The notes: generated from the sequence alone by a model not told the origin. A stretch of DNA of 63,518 nucleotides, filler included, from Thermoplasmatota archaeon (GCA_041623215.1; 13 parts of 13 records of this genome joined end to end with filler, not necessarily neighbours in it), one strand, 5' to 3'; positions 30,284-39,741 are shown, counted from the first letter of the whole stretch. Program-made: numbers and translations.

Positions 30284-31060
30284 TTAGGGCCGCGGCGGTT
30301 GCACGCGAACTACCGGCTGTGCCTCCCGCTCAGGCGGGGCATGCTCGGCTTCGGCAATGCGTTGCGGCCGGGGCGCACGCTGCATCCGGGCCTGCTGCTG
30401 CGGCCGGCCGTAGCTAATCCAGATCAAGCCGGCGCCTGCCAGGACGAAGAGGAATCCGATCGCAGCCATGCCGACGCTGGTCACAGATGCTAGTTCACCG
30501 GCAGCCTGGTTTGCATGCCCGGCTGCAAGGCCGGCCACAAGGCCAAGGGCCAGGGGACTCCACGCCTCGCGAAGCTGGCGCTCGATGGGGTTGCTGCGGT
30601 CAAGTTGTGCGTAGTATTTCTCGACCGCAATTTGGTATTCGCCGGGCTCGGTGTACGTGACGCCTCGATAGGAAATGGGGACATCTGCTTCGGTCAATGT
30701 TACCGTGCGCTCGCCGTGCAAGACGTGGTAGGTGATGACAGCGTACTGATACATCAATTCGTCACGAGTATTGACAACCGGGTCGTCAGGGTTGAAATTG
30801 TCGTGGTCAACGGGGTAGGCCCAGTCTTCCTCCAGTAGCGCCATAATCTTGGCGGCACCTTCGGGCGTGCCACGGTCCAGGAGGCGCCCTTCCTCGTCGT
30901 AGGAGAGCGTTACATCCTGGGCGGCGTACATCGCTTGGGCTGAATCGAGACCATCGTCGGCCAAGGGCAGCCCGTAAAACAGGCCAGCCGCAGCTACAGT
31001 GACCCCGGCCACCGCCAATGCGATGCCCAGAATCCTCATGCGCTTCAGAATCGTCATCAT
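30284..31060 (-). CDS. hypothetical membrane protein with N- and C-terminal TMs flanking a soluble domain
   Basis: Hydrophobic helices at both ends; coding-like composition. Confidence 0.75.
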   Translation of the reverse strand: MMTILKRMRILGIALAVAGVTVAAAGLFYGLPLADDGLDSAQAMYAAQDVTLSYDEEGRLLDRGTPEGAAKIMALLEEDWAYPVDHDNFNPDDPVVNTRDELMYQYAVITYHVLHGERTVTLTEADVPISYRGVTYTEPGEYQIAVEKYYAQLDRSNPIERQLREAWSPLALGLVAGLAAGHANQAAGELASVTSVGMAAIGFLFVLAGAGLIWISYGRPQQQARMQRAPRPQRIAEAEHAPPEREAQPVVRVQPPRP

Positions 31061-31282
31061 GGTATCATCTACTGGGAAGCCGTTCGCGTCCCAAGTCCCC
31101 AGAGGCCAGTCAACCGGATAGGTCCGGGTCCCGGTTCGCGCGCCTGATTCTTACGTGCGAGAAGCATGGTATGAAAGAGCGCTGCCGGGGAGGTAGGCCC
31201 CCATGTCCCGCTGCGGACATCGGCCTAGCCCGGCATCCCTAGGAATCAAACCAGCAAGACGCCCGCCCTACGCAAGCTAGGC

Positions 31283-31310
31283 AGGAACAAGAAGAAGGAG
31301 AAAAAGGAGG
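31283..31310 (-). terminator. pyrimidine-rich putative terminator after the multicopper oxidase operon
   Basis: Minus strand reads CCTCCTTTTTCTCCTTCTTCTTGTTCCT, about 55 nt after the stop. Confidence 0.45.
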
Positions 31311-31363
31311 TCAAGCGCCAGAGCGCGAGGCCGCGAGGCCCGGCACGAGGCCGTGACCCAAGG

Positions 31364-32767
31364 TCAGGCGACAACGACCGTCGCGACCATGCCCTTCCAC
31401 GAGCCGTCGCTCGCCTGGTAGGCATGGGGCTTGCAGTAGATTTCGTACGTGCCAGGCGTGGTGAAGGTGTGGCTCCACGAGTCCCCTGGTGCGATATCCC
31501 CTGAGTCAAAGGACAGGTCGGTGGCCGTAACCGTGTGGACGGCGGGGTCGGCGTTGTTCCATGTGATGGTCGTGCCGGCGTCCACGTGAACCTCTTTCTC
31601 GAATTGGTAACCCCGCATATCGCTAACAAGCACTTGCGCGCCACCGGTGTCGGCCTCCGATGAGGCGGCCGCACCCTCGCTGGACGGCGTGCCGGCGCCA
31701 GAATCGTGGTCGCCATGGTCGTGGGCCGCGTGACCAGCCTTCGGGTCGGCAACGTCGAGGCCGGCCGCTGCTACCAGGTCCGGAGCCAGGTCCAAGAGCG
31801 CTTGTTGGTAAGCCTCTCCGACAGCTAGCACCGTGAGCATGCCACGTGGGTACGCTCCAAAGCCAGACCCGTCGCTTGCCGCAGTCACACTGGGCACGAC
31901 GTGGTCATGCATGAGCCACACACCTTCGCGGTCAGCGTCAAAATCTAGGACGACTGTTTGCCCCGGCGCAATTTCGCGGACGTCCGTGCGCACGGCGTGC
32001 TTGGGCCCCGCCACACCCTCCCAGCTGTCCGGCGTGTAGCCATGCACATGCATGGCATGGAAGGTGTAGCCAGCGTTCACCATGTGGATGCGGATGCGTT
32101 CTCCTACGTCAGCGAAGATTGGCTGGGTGAGGGGGAACGACCGCCCATTAATGGTGAAGAAATTGTAGTCGGGGATGAAGCCAAGAAAGGTCGGTTCATC
32201 TCGCACTTGCCATTCATCAAGCACCATGACGACGTCTTGACGGTCATCCTGTTTGGCACCCGGTTCCTCCACGATGAAGGCGCCGTACATGCCCATCTCC
32301 ATGTGCGTGGGCGTCTCGAAGTGACAGTGGTAAATGAACGAGCCCGCCGGCTGCGCTTCCCATTCAATGACTTGGGTCTCCCCTGGCTCAGCCACCATGG
32401 CCTCGCCAAGCAGCGGATTCCCGTTGAAGTCCGCCGCGTACTGGTGCCAGCCGTGGAAGTGGACCGTATGCGGGATTGAGTGAGAGTTGCGAAACGTAAG
32501 CCGAATGGTGTCGCCCTGGGTCACGTGAATGGTAGGGCCGGGAACGCCACACGGACCATCCCACACTGGCTCAACGCCGTCACCTTCGGCGCAGAAGGCC
32601 CATACGGGCGTCGTGACGCCGGGATGAATCTCCCAGTCCATCTGTTCGACCCACATGGTAATCTCCCGCACCGTGCCCGCCTGGGCCGGCTGCAGAACCA
32701 TACACCCCGAGAGGATGGGGGCCATCATTGCTAGGCCTACCACAGCCACCCACCACCGGCCGCTCAC
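31364..32767 (-). CDS. two-domain multicopper oxidase lipoprotein with C-terminal cupredoxin domain
   Basis: Lipobox ILSG-C. Domain 1: HTVHFHG and YHCHFETPTHMEMGM. Domain 2: HAMHVHG and MHDH. His-rich linker, then cupredoxin HTVT...YCKPH...M. Confidence 0.9.
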   Translation of the reverse strand: MSGRWWVAVVGLAMMAPILSGCMVLQPAQAGTVREITMWVEQMDWEIHPGVTTPVWAFCAEGDGVEPVWDGPCGVPGPTIHVTQGDTIRLTFRNSHSIPHTVHFHGWHQYAADFNGNPLLGEAMVAEPGETQVIEWEAQPAGSFIYHCHFETPTHMEMGMYGAFIVEEPGAKQDDRQDVVMVLDEWQVRDEPTFLGFIPDYNFFTINGRSFPLTQPIFADVGERIRIHMVNAGYTFHAMHVHGYTPDSWEGVAGPKHAVRTDVREIAPGQTVVLDFDADREGVWLMHDHVVPSVTAASDGSGFGAYPRGMLTVLAVGEAYQQALLDLAPDLVAAAGLDVADPKAGHAAHDHGDHDSGAGTPSSEGAAASSEADTGGAQVLVSDMRGYQFEKEVHVDAGTTITWNNADPAVHTVTATDLSFDSGDIAPGDSWSHTFTTPGTYEIYCKPHAYQASDGSWKGMVATVVVA

Positions 32768-33234
32768 GCATGGACCTCCTTCCGGAAGGGTACGACCAAT
32801 ACCGGACGGTCGCTGTGGCGCACGACTTGCTCGGCGACGCTACCAAGGATGACGCGTCCAAGGCCACTGCGGCCGTGGCTGCCGACGACAACCATGCCCG
32901 CCCCTTGCTCCTTGGCAACCTCATGCACGAGCCGGCTCGGCGTCTCTCCGCGGACAACAATGTCAACCTCGACGCCCTCAACGCGGACCGGTTCCGCCCA
33001 TGAGATTGTCAGCTGCCGCACGGCCTCCATGTCGGCGGTGGCGGCGTAGGTGTCCGCTTCCGCGCTGTAGGCTCCGACGCTGAGGCCCCGATAAGCGTGG
33101 GCAGGCTCCAGGGCATGAACCAAGATGATTCTGGCCCCGAAGTCCTTGGCTAGGTTGGTGGCCGACTCAAGTGCCTGGCGACTAGCATCGCTGAGGTCCG
33201 TCGCGACGACGATGGCCGGCGCTGTACTGGTCAT
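32764..33234 (-). CDS. universal stress protein (UspA family)
   Basis: IVVATDLS, VVVGSHGRSGLGRVILGSVAEQVVRHSDRPVLVV. Confidence 0.95.
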   Translation of the reverse strand: MTSTAPAIVVATDLSDASRQALESATNLAKDFGARIILVHALEPAHAYRGLSVGAYSAEADTYAATADMEAVRQLTISWAEPVRVEGVEVDIVVRGETPSRLVHEVAKEQGAGMVVVGSHGRSGLGRVILGSVAEQVVRHSDRPVLVVPFRKEVHA

Positions 33235-33716
33235 GCGTGCACCTCCATGTCACCAACGGCCGCCGCTGGTTTGGACGCCGCAGTGACCTCGACGGTCATT
33301 TCGGCATCCAAGATCTGCTGGTGCATGTGGCGGACCTGGCCCGTTAGCCATTCGGCGTCACTGTGCTCAACCGTTAGCTTGGCGGTCAATTGATGCTCGC
33401 CTGGGTCTAGCCCGGGGAGCACTTGCTCTAGGTTACCCCAACTGTCACTCCGGAACAAGGGCACATCGCCGCGCTCCACGGTGACCGCATCCAATGTTTG
33501 GCCGTCCAACGTCGCGTCTAGGGTCAGACGCCAATGGTCTCGGTCAGGCGAGCGATCCTGCAGGCGGTACCGCACGCTAAGGGCAATCGGTTGCTGGGCG
33601 TTTACTTGGAACCGCGCGGGGCTGACCCTGTCGATGTGGATGGATTCACCCACATTGACGTTGGCCAGCAGCACATAGTGCGGTTGCTGGGTCGGTTTGT
33701 TCATGGTATCACTCAT
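33231..33716 (-). CDS. hypothetical beta-rich protein
   Basis: Overlaps both neighbours; no family recognised. Confidence 0.65.
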   Translation of the reverse strand: MSDTMNKPTQQPHYVLLANVNVGESIHIDRVSPARFQVNAQQPIALSVRYRLQDRSPDRDHWRLTLDATLDGQTLDAVTVERGDVPLFRSDSWGNLEQVLPGLDPGEHQLTAKLTVEHSDAEWLTGQVRHMHQQILDAEMTVEVTAASKPAAAVGDMEVHA

Positions 33717-34605
33717 CTCCAGGGGAAGCAGGGGTAAGGCAGGGGGAAGAAACGAACGCCGCCGCTAGAGCGGGTGCTACGGGCATTGGGTGTAAGCCAA
33801 GACCATCTTGGGGAACAGGAGGGCGAAGAGTGCGGTTGTCTAGCCTCGCCGCAGCAACGCGCCACAGGGCGGCCGTCACAAGGAAGGCGAACCATGCCGG
33901 AACCAAGGTGCCAGTGGCGGTGTGCGTAGCGGCAAAAGCAAGAACGCCCATAGCGCCGGCAATGGCACCGTGACTGATGCCGAGGGCGCGGCGGTGGCCG
34001 CCATCCAGGAAACCGGCAGCAAGGCCTGCCAGGAGAACTACCGGCGCCATGGCGGCCAGTGGGGCAGCCGACGGCACCAGCGCCGCCACCGCAGCCACTA
34101 GCATGATGCCGATGGCACCAGCGCCGAACCGGGCCCAGGCAGGCATTTGGCCACTGCGGCTTACGCCGGAGGCCTCTCCCGAAGGCTGGCCTAATGGACC
34201 CCGGGACGCACGCCGTTGCTGCCGAACAGCGATGACAACGTGGCACGCCACCGCCAGGGTTACGCACAGCAACACCAATGCTGAGGGGTCCGTATCACGG
34301 AAGGGCAGGGCGGCCACCGGAACTAGCATCCAAGTAAGCCAGAACCCTGCCCTTCCTCCGGACGGGGGAATCAACTGCATCACCATGATGCCGATGAGGG
34401 CCCCCGCCACGGTGGCGATACCAGGTAATAGGAAGCCGGCCGCCGCGTCGTCGCCTAGGTAATATAGGCTCAGCGTCGGCGTGATGGGGCTGGCAGCCAA
34501 AATGCCACCTGCGTGACCTCCTGCCCGCCGGGCCAGCGTGGTAGCCACGAGAACTGCCAGTCCCGCCGCTGCAGCGTAAATCAACGTCCTAGTGACCGGG
34601 TTCAC
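33709..34605 (-). CDS. multi-pass membrane protein with internal duplication (DUF3147-like)
   Basis: LARRAGGHAGGILAASP and AALVPSAAPLAAMAP halves; GTG start overlaps the upstream stop. Confidence 0.65.
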   Translation of the reverse strand: MNPVTRTLIYAAAAGLAVLVATTLARRAGGHAGGILAASPITPTLSLYYLGDDAAAGFLLPGIATVAGALIGIMVMQLIPPSGGRAGFWLTWMLVPVAALPFRDTDPSALVLLCVTLAVACHVVIAVRQQRRASRGPLGQPSGEASGVSRSGQMPAWARFGAGAIGIMLVAAVAALVPSAAPLAAMAPVVLLAGLAAGFLDGGHRRALGISHGAIAGAMGVLAFAATHTATGTLVPAWFAFLVTAALWRVAAARLDNRTLRPPVPQDGLGLHPMPVAPALAAAFVSSPCLTPASPGDE

Positions 34606-34796
34606 GACGATACTCCTGGGCGCCTCCAAGCCGTCACCAAGCCCGCCGCAAGGAGGATGGCAGCCGCTATGAGCCAAGGTGCGCCACCCCATGCAACGGC
34701 CTCGGTTGCAGCGGCAGCGGGAGGCACGCTGCCAACTGTCAGGCTCAGGTCAGCCATGGTGAGCACAATCACGGCTACGCAGGCAAGAAGCAGCCA
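34602..34796 (-). CDS. membrane protein, C-terminal fragment
   Basis: Manual translation WLLLACVAVIVLTM...WLIAAAILLAAGLVTAWRRPGVSS*. Confidence 0.55.
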   Translation of the reverse strand, partial: WLLLACVAVIVLTMADLSLTVGSVPPAAAATEAVAWGGAPWLIAAAILLAAGLVTAWRRPGVSS

Positions 34797-34896
34797 NNNN
34801 NNNNNNNNNNNNNNNNNNNNNNNNNNNNNNNNNNNNNNNNTTAATTAATTAANNNNNNNNNNNNNNNNNNNNNNNNNNNNNNNNNNNNNNNNNNNN

Positions 34897-36114
34897 CAAG
34901 CACTCATTGACGACGCGCTTCGCCACGCCAAAAGCAACGACGCGCGTATGCGTCACCAAGGCACCACAGGTACGCCGCCTCTGCAAGATGGACTGCCGAC
35001 TGGCCCCACCTCCGTGGCAGCCTTGACCATCAACGGCCACCCGCTCGACGACCCGCAGGCCGCCGCCGAACTCGCTGCCGTCAGCCACGACGCCGCCATC
35101 GAACGCATGGGAGGCGGCACCGCCATCGCAGCTTTGGGCTGGCGCCAACGCACAACAACGCTGCTGGATGCTACTGGCACCAGTCGCACGTGGGACAATT
35201 TCCTCTCAACCCTCATCGTACAAACCGTCACCAAAGACGGCGGCAGCATCGGCAACGGCCAGGCCCACTTTGGTGCACCCATTGGCACGCACGACTACGG
35301 CAGTGCCCGCACGCATGGCCGTGGCGACCCGGAAGCGCTCGGCACCAGCGCCGCCGACAACGCGCTCGAAGAACTACGCGCCCGCGCCGCACCCGCCGGC
35401 CACCATCGCATCGCCTGCGACAGCCACCTGACCGGCCTCATGGTGCACGAATCTTTTGGCCACCTCACGGAAGCGGACCTCATCGAACCGGGCTGGTCCG
35501 TCCTGGCTGGCAAGAACGGCCAACGCCTAGCCGCCGACGGTTTGACCATCCGCGACGCACCCAGCCTCGACAATCAAGGCGTGCATGCGCCGGTGGATCA
35601 CGAAGGCACACCCGGACGCACCGCCACACTGGTCGATGACGGGCACCTGGTGGGACACTTGCACCGGCAGGAAACGGCGACCCGCGCCGAAGTCGAGGCC
35701 ACCGGCAATTGCTTCAGCCTCGGCATCGCCCAACGGCCCATCGTCCGCATGCGCAATACGTACATGGAAGGCGGCGACCTGAAGGACCTCGACGAAGCAC
35801 TGGAAATGCTTGGCGACGGCTACTACTTCCTCGGCGCCCGGGGCGGCAGTCCCCAAGCCGACGGCTCCTTCCACTTCGGTTCCCAACGCGGCTACGAAGT
35901 CAAAGGCGGCGAGATTCAGCGGCCGGTCAAGATGGCCAGCATCCGAGGCAACGTCCTCGAACTGCTTCGGGGCATCGAAGGCATGACACGCGACATCCAA
36001 GTGGATGCCAACCATTTCGCTGGCTGCGAAAAATGGGATCAAGGCTACCTCCCCGTGGGCACCGGCGGACCCGCCATTGTGGTTGACCGCTGCCAGGTGG
36101 GAGGCCAGGCATGA
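34897..36114 (+). CDS. tldD: TldD metalloprotease subunit, 5' truncated
   Basis: VHESFGHLTEAD (HExxxH), DHEGTPG, PIVRMRNTY, C-terminal GCEK...PVGTGGP Cys ligand. Confidence 0.92.
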   Translation, partial: QALIDDALRHAKSNDARMRHQGTTGTPPLQDGLPTGPTSVAALTINGHPLDDPQAAAELAAVSHDAAIERMGGGTAIAALGWRQRTTTLLDATGTSRTWDNFLSTLIVQTVTKDGGSIGNGQAHFGAPIGTHDYGSARTHGRGDPEALGTSAADNALEELRARAAPAGHHRIACDSHLTGLMVHESFGHLTEADLIEPGWSVLAGKNGQRLAADGLTIRDAPSLDNQGVHAPVDHEGTPGRTATLVDDGHLVGHLHRQETATRAEVEATGNCFSLGIAQRPIVRMRNTYMEGGDLKDLDEALEMLGDGYYFLGARGGSPQADGSFHFGSQRGYEVKGGEIQRPVKMASIRGNVLELLRGIEGMTRDIQVDANHFAGCEKWDQGYLPVGTGGPAIVVDRCQVGGQA

Positions 36115-37415
36115 GGGACCCAGAAGTCCTGCTCGACGCCGCCTCGCGCGTCGTAGCAGCGGCCACAAAGCGTGGGGCAGACCATGCTGAAGCCTACGTT
36201 AGCGAGGGCGAATCCTTGGCGCTTGAGTACCAAGGCGACCACGGCGGCCCACACCTAAGCCACACACTTGGCATCGGCCTTCGCATCCTGCGCCAGGGCC
36301 GCCAAGCCAGTGCCACCATCAGTGGCCTGGACCGGCTCGATGCCTTGCTGGACGACGCCTTTGACGCCAGTCGCAGCTTCCCCGCAACGCTGCCCGACTT
36401 TGCCGGCGCTGCACCGGCGCACAAGCCCTACGCAGTGCCAGATGCCATCTGGAGTCCGGACCCGGACCACCTGGAGGAGCGCTTGGCCGCCGTTCGCCAA
36501 GAATTGGCCACGCCCGACACCACCTACCAAAGTACCAGTCTCAAAACCAAGCGGTCGCACTACGCCTTGGCCACGTCAAACGGCCTGGAAACGTACGACC
36601 GCCATGGCTTCGAATCAGCAACACTCCAGATTCGACTGACCCAAGCTGGCAACCATCGCACCGGCCTAGAACTGGATTCTCACCTGCAACCATACGGCCA
36701 CGATGAACTCACGTCCTGGGCGGCGGCCATGCGGGACCGCGCCGCCGATGCCTTCACGGCCAAGCCGCTGGACAAGCCGGTTCAACAAGTCATTCTGGGC
36801 CCACACGTGGTCAAGAGCCTCGTTGCTCGCAGCATGACTGCCTTGGCCGGCGACGCCTTGGTGGAAGACCGCTCGCCCTTGGGCCCCGAAAGCGAACCCC
36901 TAGCAGAAGCACTGACCATCACAGACGTACCCCTGCGGTCCCTCGACGGCGAAGGCGTGCCCACCGCCAAGCAGCCGCTGCTGGAAAACGGCCGCGTTTC
37001 CGGCCGGCTATGGGACCGGCGAACATCTCACCTACATGGCGCCACTTCAACCGGCAACGGGCAACGCCGGGGGCGCGTCGGCGTCGCCGTTTCACCCCAC
37101 CATGTGCAGGTCAAACCGGGCCGCCACGACGTGCAAGACTTGGTGGCCCAAGTGGATGGCGAAGCGGTGCTGCTGCTCTCGCCCCTTTCGGGCATGTTTG
37201 CCGCCAACCAAGTCACGGGCGACTTCAGCGTCATTAGCCCACATGCCACACTCATTCGTGACGGCGAAGTCCAGCGCGCCATCCCGCATACGACCGTCGG
37301 CGGCAACGCCTTCGCGGCCCTTCGAAGTGTGACGGCCGTTGGCTCGGACGTGTGGCCTACGACAAGCGGTTCATATCCAAGTCTCTTGTGCGGGGGCATG
37401 ACATGCAGCAACTGA
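36111..37415 (+). CDS. pmbA: PmbA/TldE subunit
   Basis: GADHAEAYV, GIGLRI, DGEGVPT, STGNG, NQVTGDFS; lacks HExxxH; ATGA-coupled to tldD. Confidence 0.88.
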   Translation: MRDPEVLLDAASRVVAAATKRGADHAEAYVSEGESLALEYQGDHGGPHLSHTLGIGLRILRQGRQASATISGLDRLDALLDDAFDASRSFPATLPDFAGAAPAHKPYAVPDAIWSPDPDHLEERLAAVRQELATPDTTYQSTSLKTKRSHYALATSNGLETYDRHGFESATLQIRLTQAGNHRTGLELDSHLQPYGHDELTSWAAAMRDRAADAFTAKPLDKPVQQVILGPHVVKSLVARSMTALAGDALVEDRSPLGPESEPLAEALTITDVPLRSLDGEGVPTAKQPLLENGRVSGRLWDRRTSHLHGATSTGNGQRRGRVGVAVSPHHVQVKPGRHDVQDLVAQVDGEAVLLLSPLSGMFAANQVTGDFSVISPHATLIRDGEVQRAIPHTTVGGNAFAALRSVTAVGSDVWPTTSGSYPSLLCGGMTCSN

Positions 37416-38524
37416 TTGCGGATGTCCCTACCATCGAGGACCCGGGCCGTTTTTTCCCCGAGCCGGTCCTGATTAAGGACCCCGAAACCAAATGGGACGA
37501 AGAGGACCCGTTCTACGGCGCCATTCGCCTGCCAGGATCATCCAGTTGGCGGCGCATCCACCCGTTGTTCATGCACGTGGTGGACGGCCTTCGCTCCGGC
37601 AAGTCATTCAACACGTGGACCCAGGAGTTGCCCGAGTACCGGGAATACTGGAAAATCTATGGTTCACGCCGCAAGAAGTTGGCCAAGAAATTCTGCTGGA
37701 CGCTGAGCCAGGCAGGCTGCGTTGACTTGCCCCTGGAGCCCCCGGAGGAGCTTTACAACGACCGCTACGAGCGCCTCAAGGAATTGGGGCGCGGCGGGCT
37801 GGGCGTGGCCCAATTATGCCGCGACCGAGAAACCGGCGAGGAAGTGGTCGTGAAGTATCCGTGGGGCGTGAAGTCCAACATCAAGAGTGGCCAGCGTGTC
37901 ATTGTTGCCGAAGCCAACGCCTTGCATGCCATGGCACACCACCCTGCCTATGCGCGCCTCATCGACCACTTCACGGTCCGGGGCCTCCAACATATTGTCA
38001 AGGAATTCATTCCTGGTCATGGCTTGAGTCGCGAAGCAAAATCGGGCGGCATCGCGAATCGGGAACGCCGACTGGAGCTGTTTCGACAATGCGCTGACGC
38101 CGTCCATGCCTTGCACGAAGCAAGCTACGTCCACCGCGACATCTGCCCCGACAATTTCTTCATCACGCCCGATGGAACGATTCGCATCAGCGACATGGGC
38201 GGCGCCCGCGTCTTGGACCCAGACGGCACCTGCAAAGGTGGCGGCGGAACGCCAGGCTATGTCGCCACCGAATTCCGGCACAAGGACTTCGCCAACGGCC
38301 TCATGGCATCTAGGCGCTCGGACATCTTCAGTCTCGGCCGCCTCTACCTCTACCTCATCACGGGCAAGCGCACCAAGCGCCTTGCCATGTTTGGCGAATT
38401 GTGCGCATTCTTGGACGACCACGGCGTGGAGGGTCAAGACCGTGCCTTCATTGAGGCATGTTGTCAGGACGACTGGATGGCCCGCCCTGCAACGGTGGAA
38501 GAAGCAATGGAGCTTCTACGGTGA
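37403..38524 (+). CDS. Ser/Thr protein kinase with N-terminal PqqD/RRE-like domain
   Basis: LGRGGLG, VVVK, HRDICPDN, DMG, GTPGYVATE, SDIFSLG; N-terminal domain of about 110 aa; no TM. The RRE call is inference. Confidence 0.85.
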   Translation: MQQLIADVPTIEDPGRFFPEPVLIKDPETKWDEEDPFYGAIRLPGSSSWRRIHPLFMHVVDGLRSGKSFNTWTQELPEYREYWKIYGSRRKKLAKKFCWTLSQAGCVDLPLEPPEELYNDRYERLKELGRGGLGVAQLCRDRETGEEVVVKYPWGVKSNIKSGQRVIVAEANALHAMAHHPAYARLIDHFTVRGLQHIVKEFIPGHGLSREAKSGGIANRERRLELFRQCADAVHALHEASYVHRDICPDNFFITPDGTIRISDMGGARVLDPDGTCKGGGGTPGYVATEFRHKDFANGLMASRRSDIFSLGRLYLYLITGKRTKRLAMFGELCAFLDDHGVEGQDRAFIEACCQDDWMARPATVEEAMELLR

Positions 38525-39558
38525 GCGAACGGCAACCCATCCACCCAACGTTGATTCGTGCGCCGCGATGGGAATGGTTTGAACACCCAGAGCACGGACG
38601 AATTACGCGGCAATGGATGGACCATCTGGGCATGTGGAGCCCTCAACGCCCTTGGACTGGACACATCCTGGAGGCACTGGAAGCGGGCGCCGACCTCGAC
38701 GGCATCGTCACCGCCGCCGGCGGACCAGACCGCCTCGGCCGCGTGCGCCTTTTCCTGTTTCAACTATGGGAAATGGGGCACGTTGACTTGGGCTTCCCGG
38801 CCCCGCCCGAACAATTCGACGGCCGATACAAGGTAGTGCGCGAATTGGGACGCGGCGGCGTCGGCGTTGCCTGGCTTTGCGATGACAACGGGAAACCTTG
38901 CGTCGTGAAACATGGCTGGAATTACTTCATCAGCACCAATGGCGCCGACCGCCTCATGCGCCGCGAAGCCGAAACCATGGCGGCGTTTGACCATGACGGC
39001 ATCGTGCGACTGCACGACCAATTCGAGCACGACGGCCAACTGCACATCGTGCGCGACTACGCCGCAGGCCCGCCCGCCTTCGAGTTCCGCGACGCCTTGG
39101 CCGCCGACCTCGCAGGATTTGCGGCAAATTACGCAGACATTCTCCAGCACATACAATCCAAGGGCTACCTGCTCATGGACCACCGGCCGGCCAACCTGCA
39201 TCTGCGCGGCGACGCACCCACGGATGGACTGCAACTTGTGGACGTTGGCGTCTGCAAGCCGATGCGCGACGACGGCCAAGCACGGCCCCGCAAAGGAATC
39301 GGCAGCCCCGGCTACTCCGCTCCAGAGGTCAAGCGCGGCAGGGCCGGCGTTCACAGTGAAGCCTTCGGCCTTGGTTGCCTCCTTTTCGACCTGGCTGCTG
39401 GCCGCCGACCCCTCAAGGGCTGGACCGCTGATGACATGCGTGAAACCCTCGACGACCACCCCGCAGCCAACGTTATCCTGGCACTCACGCATGCGGAGCC
39501 AGACCAACGCCAAACCTTGGATTGGGCTGTCAGCGAGCTTCAACGGCTTGGTGTTTGA
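38521..39558 (+). CDS. second Ser/Thr kinase paralog with N-terminal PqqD/RRE-like domain
   Basis: LGRGGVG, CVVK, LMDHRPAN, DVG, GSPGYSAPE; GTGA overlap with kinase 1. Confidence 0.85.
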   Translation: MSERQPIHPTLIRAPRWEWFEHPEHGRITRQWMDHLGMWSPQRPWTGHILEALEAGADLDGIVTAAGGPDRLGRVRLFLFQLWEMGHVDLGFPAPPEQFDGRYKVVRELGRGGVGVAWLCDDNGKPCVVKHGWNYFISTNGADRLMRREAETMAAFDHDGIVRLHDQFEHDGQLHIVRDYAAGPPAFEFRDALAADLAGFAANYADILQHIQSKGYLLMDHRPANLHLRGDAPTDGLQLVDVGVCKPMRDDGQARPRKGIGSPGYSAPEVKRGRAGVHSEAFGLGCLLFDLAAGRRPLKGWTADDMRETLDDHPAANVILALTHAEPDQRQTLDWAVSELQRLGV

Positions 39559-39641
39559 TCCACCATTGCTTCCAGAAACATTTCCGTATCACCAGCGCGC
39601 GGCTCAATGAACTTCATGCCAATGCCGCCGCTTCGCAGCAA
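39540..39641 (-). CDS. possible C-terminal fragment of a convergent gene
   Basis: Open frame LLRSGGIGMKFIEPRAGDTEMFLEAMVDQTPSR* from the contig edge. Confidence 0.3.
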   Translation of the reverse strand: MLRSGGIGMKFIEPRAGDTEMFLEAMVDQTPSR

Positions 39642-39741
39642 NNNNNNNNNNNNNNNNNNNNNNNNNNNNNNNNNNNNNNNNNNNNTTAATTAATTAANNN
39701 NNNNNNNNNNNNNNNNNNNNNNNNNNNNNNNNNNNNNNNNN

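Noticed and set aside
31364..32767. Copper nitrite reductase (nirK)
   Set aside because: Both domains carry HxH pairs for a trinuclear cluster (HFH, HCH, HVH, HDH), which NirK lacks.
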